In this document: one piece after another, positions 10,394 to 21,709 of the stretch
How the letters are laid out: each line of letters starts with the position of its first letter
Position numbering within the stretch: the first letter of the stretch is position 1
Assembly (NCBI GenBank): GCA_004431415.1
Contig: QPMI01000498.1
Span: forward strand, 1 to 64,000
DNA from: Cyanophora paradoxa CCMP329
Taxonomy: Eukaryota; Plantae; Glaucophyta
DNA length: 64,000 bases
Direction: 5' to 3'
Made by a program: the position numbers and the translations under genes
Notes under the pieces: model-generated
Told to the model about the DNA's origin: nothing
What the model saw: the letters and a program-made list of their open reading frames with translations, nothing else
Database searches by the model: none

Positions 10394-11110
10394 ATGTCGT
10401 ACGGCGATCAGGAAGCATGGTTCAAGCTACACCGCCTCTTTCCTGATAAATTCGGCAATGCGCGCTACCCCCTCAACCTAATGACGCGAGTCAACCGGCG
10501 GACGAGGGACTTCAAAATCGAAGTGTTCTCTTCCTCTCCCGAGAGCGGCCGCTCCGCGGACAACGACGCTATGGCATGGCTGTACGGCTTTGTGCAGCCT
10601 CGGGTTGGTACTAGCCCGGCCACAGTCGAAATAGAGAGCTACTACAACGATTACGGGCCGCAGGGGGGGTACGGGACGCCCGAGCAGAATAACGCGATGC
10701 GGGGGGTAGGCAAAATCATGCTGCGGGCGGCTGTGAACGCGCTGCAACGCTCCGGGCTCATTAGCTCGTCGGACCCGGGCCAGCACCCGTTGGAGCTCAG
10801 GGCCCTCCCAGACGCAGTGGATTACTACCAAAGGGAATTGAACCTGCGTGAGAGACAGGTCGACTATAGGCCGTCCCTAATACCCATGGAGGGTACAGTG
10901 CAGAACATCATCGACAACACGTACAACGTGGCCGTTCGCTGGCGCAAAGCGGCGGCGGATCTCGTAAAGGGCAACTACAGGGACCTCGCAAACGAAGACA
11001 ACCCCGTGGGGGAGTACATGGAGCTGGCAAGCGGGAGCATCGTACCCCGCCGGAGGCCCCCATGGCCCCACCCCGACCTCGAGTGGGGACCGTCTCACTT
11101 CGGCCAGTGA
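10394..11110 (+). CDS. Putative GNAT-family acetyltransferase
   Basis: Acetyl-CoA-binding motif A-like MRGVGKIMLRAAV followed by motif B-like LELRALPDAVDYYQR; intronless 238 aa. Confidence 0.6.
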   Translation: MSYGDQEAWFKLHRLFPDKFGNARYPLNLMTRVNRRTRDFKIEVFSSSPESGRSADNDAMAWLYGFVQPRVGTSPATVEIESYYNDYGPQGGYGTPEQNNAMRGVGKIMLRAAVNALQRSGLISSSDPGQHPLELRALPDAVDYYQRELNLRERQVDYRPSLIPMEGTVQNIIDNTYNVAVRWRKAAADLVKGNYRDLANEDNPVGEYMELASGSIVPRRRPPWPHPDLEWGPSHFGQ

Positions 11111-11333
11111 GGGGGTACAGCATTCAGTTAGAGTCTGAGCATAGTTAGAGGCCGGAGGCCCCGAGGGGTACGTCGGACGTGTTAGTCCCCGTGCCTCCCC
11201 GAATGCAATATAACAATGCAACCTCCGCAACGCGTGACTCATCAACCTCCGAGGGTTAACAATACATTGACAGCGAAGGGGCAAGCTCGAGAGCTCAACG
11301 CTTCACAAAGGCCCACATATATATCGACGATAA

Positions 11334-11637
11334 TACTGTAGTCTGTGTATGTAGGCGTAGTTAAATTGCCGCGGAGTTAAATTGCCGAATTCGCCCAAAA
11401 CCGATTAATATTTGTTTTTGAGAGACTACGGTGGGGCGAACCCTCCGTAGGTATAAATAACTTATGTAAATTGCCGAATCCAGAATTCTGCTCTATGGCG
11501 GGCTAGGAACATGCCTAACCCCCCAAGCGATTAATATTGCCGCGGTGCTAAATTGCCGAATTCAGCCCCTCGGCGGCAATTTACGGCACTGGCGGCAATT
11601 TAAAACCACGGCAATCTAACTGCTCCGGCCTACAGTA
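11334..11637. mobile_element. MITE with TA ends and AAATTGCCG subterminal repeats
   Basis: TACTGTAG...CTACAGTA termini; imperfect inverted GTAGTTAAATTGCCG / CGGCAATCTAACTGC; many AATTGCCG copies. Confidence 0.6.
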
Positions 11638-11846
11638 CCGTACTACGCCGTAACTACGGTAGTACTACGTATACGGTACCATGTACCGGCTAGCGGCGGC
11701 TACTGCAGCGCTAGCTGACTCCGTAAAACACAATACTAGTAATATGACGGTCAAATTTATGTCGTTTAACAGTCGCGATCGTTAAGGTTATAAAACCCGA
11801 CCCTTGTCTATCGATATCTTTGATTTGTGAATCGCCGCTACCGGTA

Positions 11847-12111
11847 TACCGTAGAACACAATATTATGTCATGCGAATTTATGTCGTTTGAAAACCCGAG
11901 CCTTCTCTATGCGAAATATGACGTCCCCAAATTATGTCGGCATGAAATTTTCAGGCTTGTATGGGGCGGCAAAATTGGGGGGTACTGTATGGGGCGGCTG
12001 AGCGAGCCCGTATTATGACGTCCCCAAATTATGTCGTTTTGTCCCGTCCGAGGCGACATAATTTCGGGACGACATAATAAAGCACAGACCTTAATATTGT
12101 GTTCTACGGTA
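11847..12111. mobile_element. Tc1/mariner-pogo-type MITE
   Basis: Perfect 20-bp inverted ends TACCGTAGAACACAATATTA / TAATATTGTGTTCTACGGTA including the TA; internal ATTATGTCG repeats; degenerate partial copy at ~11718-11820. Confidence 0.8.
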
Positions 12112-12654
12112 GCGCTATAATACCCCGGCCCTTTCGCCGGGCATGAACAGTGCACACTGCACAGAGCTCCAAGTACTCCCCTGCAGCTGCAGCTGCACTC
12201 CTAGCTTGTCGGTACCAAGTACGGTACTTTTAACCTGTACCCAGCTAGAACTTGAGGGGGGGCGCAGTCCTATCTAGCTATAGCGCTAGCTATATATATC
12301 ATATATATATATAGTATAGCTAGTCCTATAGCTAGCCCGGCCTAGCCGCCTAGCTAGGCCCGCCAGACCATCGGATTATGATTCGGATACTATGCATATG
12401 ATATCGGCATGCGCATGTGTTCCGCGCAGTGATCGCCTACATAGCTACAGCTGCAGGCTACAGCCTACAGCTATAGCTTTAGCGCTAGCTATAGCTATAT
12501 ATAGCTACCTGGCGCCCGGCCAACTTGGCAAGCCCGCAGGCCGCTCTGCATCTCGGCCGAGTGGCGCCGGCGCGGCCGCGGCGCACTTTAATTTGCAATA
12601 TTAATTGCAATGCTGCGCGAGTGCCCCGCGGCCGCCCCGCGCGCGGGTGATCAT

Positions 12655-13356
12655 CAGTGATGGGAATGTTATTGATAACCTTTTTTATTAGTTAATTAAT
12701 AACTAATTAATAATACGTTATTAGTAAGGTCCCGGAACAGCCAATCTTATTAATAACGTTTATTAGTTCGGGGGGGTACCCATAGATACACCATTTCTTG
12801 CACTCTATGACGAATCTGTGCATGCTAGAGCTATATAAAGCAGTTCTATTCACGTCTAGAGACCTTCTGGGCACTTCTGCAGCTTTATATGATGCCCATA
12901 AGCTGATCAGACGGCAGCTCCAGACCATCCACTACCCCCTTGGTCGCACTTTGACCCTTTTATTCGACCCCCAACAGAGATAGAGGGCACTCGCAATGCT
13001 AAGACAGCTTATATAAGAGTGTTTAGCACCAGAAACGCGCGGCAGTGCTCCTTCAACGCGTGGTTTCGCGCTTCTATGAGGAAGTAATTATTAATCTACT
13101 AATAACTAATTATTAACTATTAATAATGATTCTTATAAAAGTCCCATTTTGGGGGTTCGAATGATGCCTTCCGTGTTCGAATCGCCCTGCGATGAGAATC
13201 ACGCCTTCGAATCCCGCCCGCTCCACATAATTCCGATCGATCATGTCCCACCTTGCCTGTATACGCCCCCGCAGTGCTGGAGTAGACTAGAGGCTGTGGC
13301 CGGTAATTCACCAAAAAAAAAACCCATTTTGGGGCTTATTATTAATTCCATCACTG
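12655..13356. mobile_element. hAT-type non-autonomous element
   Basis: TIR CAGTGATGG(G)AAT / ATTCCATCACTG; 8-bp TSD GTGATCAT at 12647-12654 and 13357-13364; AT-rich body. Confidence 0.85.
13155..13322 (+). mobile_element. SINE-like poly(A) retroposon nested in the hAT MITE
   Basis: Flanking 12-bp direct repeat CCCATTTTGGGG (13143, 13323); three TTCGAAT B-box-like motifs; tail GGTAATTCACC(A)10. Confidence 0.55.
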
Positions 13357-13456
13357 GTGATCATGAGGGAAGCTCACCCTCGCGCGCGCGAGCTCGAGCT
13401 CGAGCTCGAGCGGGCGCCGGCGGGGCGCCGGCGGCGCAGGTTCGCATCAAGGTGCA

Positions 13457-13771
13457 GCTGCAGCTGGTAGGCCTAGGCCTGGCGGACCGTATTTTAGCGT
13501 GTACAGATTGGCTTAGGTTACTGAGCGCCTTCCCGGAGGCCATAGCTTGCTAGGTATAGTCCCAGCTGCAGTTCGTCTAGCCTAGTAGCCGTCCGCCAGT
13601 TTTTTCAGACCTTGCTCCCCGTCTCGTCCTTGGGTAGGCATCCCCTTTTCCGATGTCCGAAAGGCTTAGTCCCGTATACGTAGGTTCATCTCTCGACTTG
13701 ACACAGATGGACACCGCATTTCTATCTTTAGCCATTTGCAATTGTCTCGGTGTGTGCGAATTCATATACGA
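13457..13771. mobile_element. 315-bp insertion flanked by a 41-bp direct duplication
   Basis: Identical 41-mers at 13416-13456 and 13772-13812; insert has lower GC. Confidence 0.5.
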
Positions 13772-16700
13772 GCCGGCGGGGCGCCGGCGGCGCAGGTTCG
13801 CATCAAGGTGCACTCGCGGCAGCTGGTGAGGCCTGGCGCGCGCAAACTCCAAAGCCGAGCGGGAGGCGGCCGCGGCCGAGCGCCGCGCGGCCCAGGCCGC
13901 GGCCCCGGCCCGGGCGGGCTCGCACCCGCCCTTCCCGCCAAGCACGGCGCCGACCAGGCGCCGTGCCCGTGCCCTGCAGCTGCCCTCAAGCGCCCCCGCG
14001 CGCGCGGCGCCGTACGCCCCGTACCCACTTTCTCCGCCACCACCGACGAAGACGACGAGGCCGATGAGCGGCCGTACCCCTCCCGCCCCCGCCCGTACCC
14101 CTCCCGCCCCCCGCCCGCCCCCCATCCCGCCCTCAGCCCGCCGCCCTGCTACGCCCCCCTGCCGCCGGCGCCGCCCCTGCCGCCGGCGCTTCCCCTTCCC
14201 CCCCCCTCCCCGCCCCCCCTCATCATCTCCCTCAACACCCGCCGGGAGGACAGCGTCCTGGAGGAGGCGGGGTACCTCGATTCGCTGCTCTCCGCGTTCA
14301 CGCGATCGGCCCCCGCGGAGAACCGTTCCTCCGTCTCGGAGCTCCTGTCCTCCGCGGAGAAGAAGTTCTGGGACCTCTTCGTCAGCTCCGAGGCTGGGGA
14401 GCTGTCCTTCGGGCGTTGAAGGACGAGGGGAGGGGGGGAGGGGGGGAGGAGAGCGGCCGGGGTACGCTGCTGGCCGCCGTGGCGTCCGGCCTGGCGCCGC
14501 GGGGCCGGGGCCGGGGCGGCCGCCCCCGCGCCCAGTGCCGGAGGCCGACGTAGAAGCGCTCTTCCTTCAGCTCTCCAACCTCTCCGTCGATCCTGACGCC
14601 CCCGCCCCGTCGCCGTCAGCCCGCCTCGCCCCTCGGGCCCGAGCCCGAGCCCCCGCGCCCTTCGCCGCCCCGTCCCGCCCCCCGTCCGCTTCTCCCCCCG
14701 CCCTACATCCTCGACCCGTCTGAAGAGGACGAGTTCATGGTACCCCCTCCCACCCTCACCCACCCCTTCCAAAAATAAATGTCCGCCTGACCCGTGCGGC
14801 CGGCCGGCAGCGGCGGGTGACTGCGGCAGAGGCGGCCGGCGCCGGCGCCGCCCTCACCGTCCTGCTCGGCGACCCCCGGTACCCCCCTGCCCCTCTGCCC
14901 CCCCCTTCCTCCCCCGCCCTGCCCCGACCCTTACCCCCCCGGAAGGGTCCTGGGCACGCCCCTCTTCCGGACGCCCGCCGGCAGGATACGGACACGGCAC
15001 CTCCTCGTGGTGCGGCGCCGTACCCCCCGCCGGGCCTTCCCCCGCTCAAGCCCATGTACCCCCCAGCTCGTACGCGTCTCTGCGCGCTCTGCCGGCCCCG
15101 GGCGGCCCCGCGCCCTCTTTCCTCCCCCCTCGGTTCGGCCCGCTTCCGAATCCCGTACCCCGTTGCTCCCTCACCCCTAACCCACCCCAGTTCGACGCCA
15201 TCCTGCAATCTCTCATCTTCAACCTTCACGCCGGCCCCTCTTCGTACCCCACCCTGTCCGCCCTCTCCCCACCTCGAACTCGCGCGCTCGTACCCCCCGG
15301 CTCTCATTAACCGTACCCCCAGAGAAGAGGCGGAGCGCGCCTGCGAGAACGTGTGGAACTTCGTCACGGTCGCCACGTCCGGTGCGCGCCTTCGACGCCG
15401 TACCCCCTCCTTCTTCCCCCCCCTCCCCCGCCTTGACGCCCCCCCCCCCCCCCCCCCAGACTTCGTTCTCGTGTCGCCCGATTTTCTGCTTGTATCCTTC
15501 GACGAGGTTCGCCCCCCCTCCCCCTCCCCCCCCGCACCAATCTCACTGCCGTACCCCCTGACCAGGTTCTGGCGCTGCACGAGCGGGCGATGGAGCTTGC
15601 TGCAAACGCAGTCGCGAGGTTCGCGCGCGCGGGGGCGGGGCGCCTCCGCGGGCGGGCAGCGCCTGAGGGAGCGCCGCAGCTTCGGGCCGGAGCCGCGCGC
15701 CGAGCTCCTCGCGACGGCCGCAAAGGTAATCAGGGGCCGACTCTCTACCGCCTCGGGTTCCTCCTTGATCCCCCGCTAAGGGCCTTAAAGCTTGAGCTAT
15801 CTTAAGGTTCCTCGGGGCCTTAAAGCATGAGCTAGGCGCTCGTCTAAGAACAGGTTCCCGCCTCCTAACTAAAACTATCTACCGTCTCGGGTTCCTCCTT
15901 GATTCCTCGCGGTCGCCCGCGCCCTCACCTCTCTCTCCCTCTGCCCCCACGTGCACGCAGGCGCGGGCGGCGTTCAGCCTGCGGCAGCACGGGCACCTCC
16001 GGCCCTCCCTCGAGCTCCAGTTCGAGGTGGACGGTCGCCCCAGGCCTCTTCTAGACCCCCTCTCCTTGAAATTCTTGGAGGAACCTTTCGTTAGACGAGC
16101 GCCTAGCTCAAGCTTAGAGATGGACGCGGTTCATTTATAAGGCTTTAGAAGTATCTTTTTAAGATTTGTGTAGATCCCCGCCCCCGCGCCTGCCAGGCTG
16201 ACACCGCCCGCTGCGCCTCCCTCTCGAATTGTCGAACAGGCCTGGGACGACCTCCTGCGCCTGCGGGTGCGAGCCTCCCCCCCCCCCCCCCCCCCCCTCC
16301 ACACGCCCCCGTGACTCGAGGGCAGGTGTACCCCCACCGGCTCGAGTGCGAGGTCCTCCGCGAGCTCTGCGAGCTGCACGGTGCCGCCGTACCCCCCCCC
16401 CCCCCCCTCACCCCCTCTTACCCCGGCCGACGGCCTTCGGCGCGCAGTGCAAATCGAGCGGACGGACCTCGCGCGCCACTTCGCCGAGCGCCTCTACTGG
16501 TGCGTACCGGCGGAGCGATAGCCCAATTGCAAGGCGGCTTATAATTAGGCTCGAGCCGGGGCTGGCCCGGCTGTCTCACTTGAAACTTTCGACTCCGAAG
16601 TCCGCCTTTACTGGCAGGGGGGGGGGGGGGGGGGGGGGGGGTGGGGGGGGGGTGAAGGGGATGAAACCTAACCGAATTCGTTACATGTCTGTTTCGATCC

Positions 16701-18929
16701 TCTACTAGAATCGAACCGAATCCAATCCGATCCGACGCCCCCCCTCAGGTTCGAGGAGACGGACGACGACATCGAGTTCAAGGTCTCCTGCCTCCAGACC
16801 CTCGGTACCCCCCGCCCCCCCCCCCCCCCCCCCCGCCCTTCCCCACCCGTGTCAACGCGCTGCTGCGCGGTCTCCGCTCTCCGGGACGGCTAGCTAGAGG
16901 GGGGGCTAGCTAGTGCTCCCCACTGCCCTTTCACCTTAAAAAATCTCGACGAGGTCCCGCGCCTCCGGACCCTCGGTACCCCCCCGCCGCTTCGCCCCGC
17001 CCCGCCCCGCCCCGCTCCCCTTCGCCCCGCTACGTTTTGAGTCGCCCCTTCCTCTTTCTTAATTCACCGTCTGCTCTCCTGTGCACTCGCAGCGTACATC
17101 GAGTGGCACGAGCTCGAGGGGGCGCCTGGCGCGGGGGCGGAGACCTACTGCCGCGCCGTCGAGACCTGCCGCCGTGCGCCCCCGCCCCGCCCGGCCCCGC
17201 CCTCCCCGGCACGCTCCGTCTTGATGGAATCTTCTGGGAGATCGTTCGCGGCACACCCCCTCCGATCGGGGGGGTCCCGCACCGCACCGCCCCGCCCCGC
17301 TCCGCCCCGCCGCGGCCCAGATCTAGATCTAGAGCCCGAGCCCGTCCTGGACTAATTAATTCCTGGGTCCAGAGCTCGTGGAGCGGTCCGGGGGCAACCC
17401 CTCCTACGCCCTCCGCCTCGGCCGTGCCTCCAAGTCCATGAGCCTCTGCGAGCTCGCCGCCGGTTCGAATCCCTCCGGGGCCCCTTTATTGTTTTTTCGT
17501 ATTCTCAGAGCCCGTTTTCGAATTCAGGGCTCGTAGCGCGCTGGGGCCGCTCCTTCAGCACAGGAACAAAGGTCCGAGACGCCGCTTCTTCAATCTATTT
17601 ATAGGTGCTCAGCTGATCATGAGAGGCGGCGCGGCGCTCAGGTGATGGATGCCGTCCTCGAGCTCACGAGCTCCGAGCACGACGACTTCGGCCTCGCCGG
17701 TTCGAGAACCGCCCGCGCCCATTTAATGAATCGAATAATAATTCTTCGTTCGCAGCGTGCGGCGTGGTGTTCCGGCCGGAGGGCTTCAGGCTCCGCCACG
17801 CGATCCGCATCCTGCGCACCTGCTCGCTCCACCTCGAGGCGCGCCCGCGCCCGCGCCCGCGCCCGGCCGGCCCCGCCGCCGGATTTCTCACACTTGAGCT
17901 TCCTGAAGAAGACCCTAAATAAATGAGGAACTCGAAATCAGAGCAAGTTGTAAAGCCCTATAGCTAGCAGCTTCCTTCTTCTGACGCGGCGGGCGCAGTG
18001 GGGCCACCAGCGGTACCGTACCCCCCACAAGGTCGCCTCCGCCACCTACCACATCGGCCTCCTCTGGTAAATACCAATTCCAATTCTAATAAGCTCTAAG
18101 TTCGAAGAAGATGAATTTCTATTACGACGCGTCGTCTAGCTTTCCTTTTTTTCTCACCTGTCTGCACGATTCGAAATTAAATATTCGTAGCGCTCTGGAC
18201 GGGCAGCTGGAGGAGGCCCTCGAGGCGTTCTCGGCGGCGATGGCCAAGTACACGTGCACGCCCGAGCTCGCCGCCTGCTTCGGCGACGCGCACCCCCGCA
18301 TCCGCAACCTCCGCCGCGCCGCCGCCTGGGTCGCCGCCCGCCTCGGGCGGCCCCTGCCCCCCGAGCTCGCTTTCTCCCCCGGACACAACTCCGGATCCGA
18401 ATCGGCGCCCCAGTCTCAGTTCCAATTACAAGCGCGGGCGGGGGCCTCGGGGCGGCGCTTGGCGCGGCTTGCGTGGCGGCCCTGCCTAGACCCAGACCTC
18501 TGGGCGAGCCGCGGGATCGACTCCGAGCTGCAGGAGGTCTTCCTGGCCACGTACCCCGCCGACGCGGTCCTCCAGATCGGCGCGTGGCTCGCCAACGGGC
18601 CCCTATGAGCATGACGCAGCCGCTCTACATCTATAGCTAGTTACGCGCGGAATATTAATCTTTCAAAAATTTCGCTCTTTGCCAGTGAATCCGTGCCGCC
18701 TGGATTTTCGAAAATTCATCGATATCTTCATACGTACATTCTTGTCTGACCATATGCATGGGAACACGGACGTCGACATTTCGAATTCAGACAATTTGGA
18801 ACAGCTGCAGGTCAATGTGGATTGTTAGACGGGTATACGTACTAAACGTAAGACGAAACAGGACGAACTCATGCATCGTGTATATGAGCCTTATATATAC
18901 TTAATTACTTTAGTGTCGTCTATAGCTAC

Positions 18930-19228
18930 TCTTCTATGCCCCCTGGGCAGCCCCCGCAGTGCTGGTGTCTCATCCTCTGTCACTAGATCTGCTCGGCCGC
19001 GGTCTAGATCTGGTTCGCTTCTCGTCTCTTCTCGATCTGTCTCTGTGTCTTTCCTCTTTTATTGTCGATTTTGGCTCTTTGTTTTGTTTTTCTTAGTGCT
19101 CTTGTCTTAGTTACTTTGCTTCTTTTGTCCCTGTGCCCCCTGGGCCCCTGGGCACTGCGGCAGCCCCCGCAGCGCTGGTGTCTAGAGACTGCACGTCACG
19201 GCGTGGCTGGTAATTCACCAAAAAAAAA
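18930..19228 (+). mobile_element. 3' tail of a poly(A) non-LTR retroelement
   Basis: CCCCCGCAGYGCTGG...GTGGCTGGTAATTCACC(A)8 tail shared with 13266-13322; pyrimidine-rich UTR-like body. Confidence 0.5.
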
Positions 19229-20000
19229 TGCCGCAGTGCCTGCCGCAGTGCCGCCCGGCCGGCGGCCGCGCCCGGCCGGGCCGCCGCCGCCCGGCCGGCG
19301 GCCGCCCCGGTTCATGCATATGCACCGTTTTTTCTCATTTCAGGTTCGAATTCATCGCTGTTATAAATTACCGTTCATGCATATGCGGCCGGGCCCCGGA
19401 TGTAGTGCGCCAAATAAAATGGCGCGCCATCTTATTTTTATGGCGCACGCTTTTGAGCCATCGCAGAAAAAAAGGCGCCGGCCAGCGCAGCCGGAGCTTT
19501 GCGTTGGGGAGTACTGCTAGGCTAGCTGTCGCGATCGAAATCGCCTATCATTATAGCCTACCGCCGGGCTACCGGTATAGGACCGCACTGGCGGGAAGCG
19601 GTCGGGGAGCCGCGCGCGCGCACCGAGCCCGAAGGCGCGGCCCCAGGCACATCAGCAATGAGGTGGTGGGAGCATCCAGATGTCAGAGACCTTCCCAACA
19701 AGTTCGAATGCAGGTGTCCACCCGCAGAGAATCTGTCCGGGCTCTGCGGCAATAACTTCCTGTGCAAGACTCTGTTTCCTAACATTCGCATCGACATGCC
19801 AGCAACGCAGCAGCGGCATCGTCATCGCAATCGAGCAACCAACAGCAGTCAGCACCATCGAGCGGCCAGCAGGCGCCGTCCACCTCGAGCGGACAGGCGG
19901 CGAGTTCGAGCAGTAAGCCGCGTAATCGAAAGCGGCCAAATACTAGTGAACCGCCGCGGCCGCGCGGGCGCCCTCGAAGCAGCCACCAGCACCTGCAGCT

Positions 20001-20842
20001 GTGGGCACAGATGGCGCAGCAGCTTCAGAATCACAGCCAGCAGAGGCAGCGGCTTCGAGCTCGAGCTCGAGGCAGCAACAACAAAAGAAGGGCTCGGCCG
20101 CAGCAGCCGGCAAGCGCATCGACACCACCGAATTTCGCCACCGAGTCCAGCGGATGTTCGCCGAATCCCGAGGCGCTGAACCGGTCCCAGCAGCATCAGT
20201 GCAGCGCGTAACTTTCGAAGAATATCGAGCCGCTATACAGCGTGTGAAGCCCGGAGCGGTGCTGCTATCTCGCGCCGACATCGAACACGTTAAGTACATC
20301 CTCGAAAACCCGGACGCGCCCGAGCCCAGCGGCAGCCCAGAGCATGTGAAGCGGGTGAAGAATTGGCGCGAGTTCATGAGGGGGAAGTACACGCTGCGCG
20401 AGGTTCCAGATCCGACAGACAACCTGACAGCGGAGGAGCTCGCCATGCCCAACCCGCGGCCAAGGCGCAAGCTTCGGCTGGTGGTGGAGAAGCAGGCTAG
20501 GTTGACAACCGCTTGAAGCGAGGAAATTCGGGCGACGCCCCCCCACTGGGCAGGGAGCTGGTGTCACAGTGTGTGACGAGGACATTTTCATCTGCATCCA
20601 GGTGCGATCGCGTTACAACGCAATTCTCTGCGCACGCGCAACGCATCTTCAACGCAAGCGTTGGGTTGCTAGCGTTGGACATTCTCAACACATGCGTTGA
20701 CCATGCGTGGAACAGAATACATTTTAATTTTTATGTCCACTGCATTGCACTGTTTGTGACGCGGTCATGATCGTGCGCAGCGCGAACACCTTGAGAGCGG
20801 GCACAAAGGTGGCACCGGTGTATACAACAATGCGAAGCAAAG
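20001..20842 (+). pseudogene. Truncated Ginger/KRBA2-like DDE integrase N-terminus (integrase H2C2 zinc-binding region)
   Basis: Spliced product ...KQ|GAGVTVCDEDIFICIQ (20554-20601)|REHLESGHKGGTGVYNNAKQR (20781-20842) matches the H-x3-GH-x-G pattern; upstream LSRADIEHVKYILENPD...WREFMRGKYTL; no DDE core follows. Confidence 0.55.
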
Positions 20843-21709
20843 GTACGCGATTCCTCGCCCCGGTACCGGTATTGCGCGAATTGCATACTAGTAGGTTCCG
20901 GCCTGTTCTGACCAATGAGATAGCAGGAAATGCGAGTCCCCAACGGCCCACGCGCGTCGCGCGTCCGGCCTTTTTTTTATGCGCACAATTTATACCCGGC
21001 CCGGGCCGGGCCATGGCTTTTTTTGGGGTACAGCAGCTGCAGCCTGCAGGGCGAACCTCCTGAAAGAAGACCGAGCCGCGGTCCGACGGTCCGAGCGCTA
21101 GCGCTCGCTCGAGGGAGCGCAGTCCTGCTGCGCGGAGCGGTGATCAACTTTGGCAACTTGGCAAGCACACCCCGGATTCCCGCTGCGCATGCACTGCGGC
21201 AGTGCTCATGATCATCGATATCGGATCAACGCACGTAAATCGCGGTTCGAAAAATTCGGATACTAGTAGCAGCTGCAGCAGCAGCAGCTAGCTGCAGCAG
21301 TCACGGTCTAGCAGACTATACCTGTAGCTCGTACTAGCCGTCACAGTAACAGTACGGTCGGTCGCCTTCTCATGAACACTGCAGCTGGTAGCCGCGGTAT
21401 ATTCATGATATCGACAAGAAGAAGTGCACAGTTCTCCTAAGCGCCGACCCAGCAGGCCGGCCTGTGAAATCTGCAGCCGCTGCAGCTGCGTATGCGGCAG
21501 TAAGCGACTGAGGTTCGCCTGGCCAAGTCCCCAGGCCGCTCTGCGTCTCGAAAGGGCGCGCCGCGCTGTGACCGCAGTACGCCATCGCCGCGGTCGCCGC
21601 CACAGCTGCAGGGCTCCGGACTGCCCAGCTTCTTCGGAGCCCCCTTTGAGGCCAGGCTCCGGATCGGGTCCGCCCGGGCGCGGCGAGCAAGGCGACAGCT
21701 GCACAGCTC

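Larger units (their letters stand above)
1..11330. mobile_element. Endogenous virus-like / large mobile element (left end outside the window)
   Basis: Clustered SF3 helicase, YqaJ, GNAT, small TM ORF and orphans, several with 37-50 bp spacers; hairpin 3' signals; boundaries not determined. Confidence 0.6.
12610..18608 (+). pseudogene. Multi-exon gene with TPR-like C-terminus; exon 1 disrupted by two insertions
   Basis: Removing the hAT element and one TSD copy restores MLRECPAAAPRAGDH|EGSSPS...QVRIKV in frame; many short coding exons; last exon LEEALEAFSAAMAKY...FGDAHPRIRNLRR, stop at 18608. Confidence 0.55.

Noticed and set aside
19388-21010. TIRs bounding the integrase remnant
   Set aside because: Only weak similarity between the candidate ends and no clear TSD
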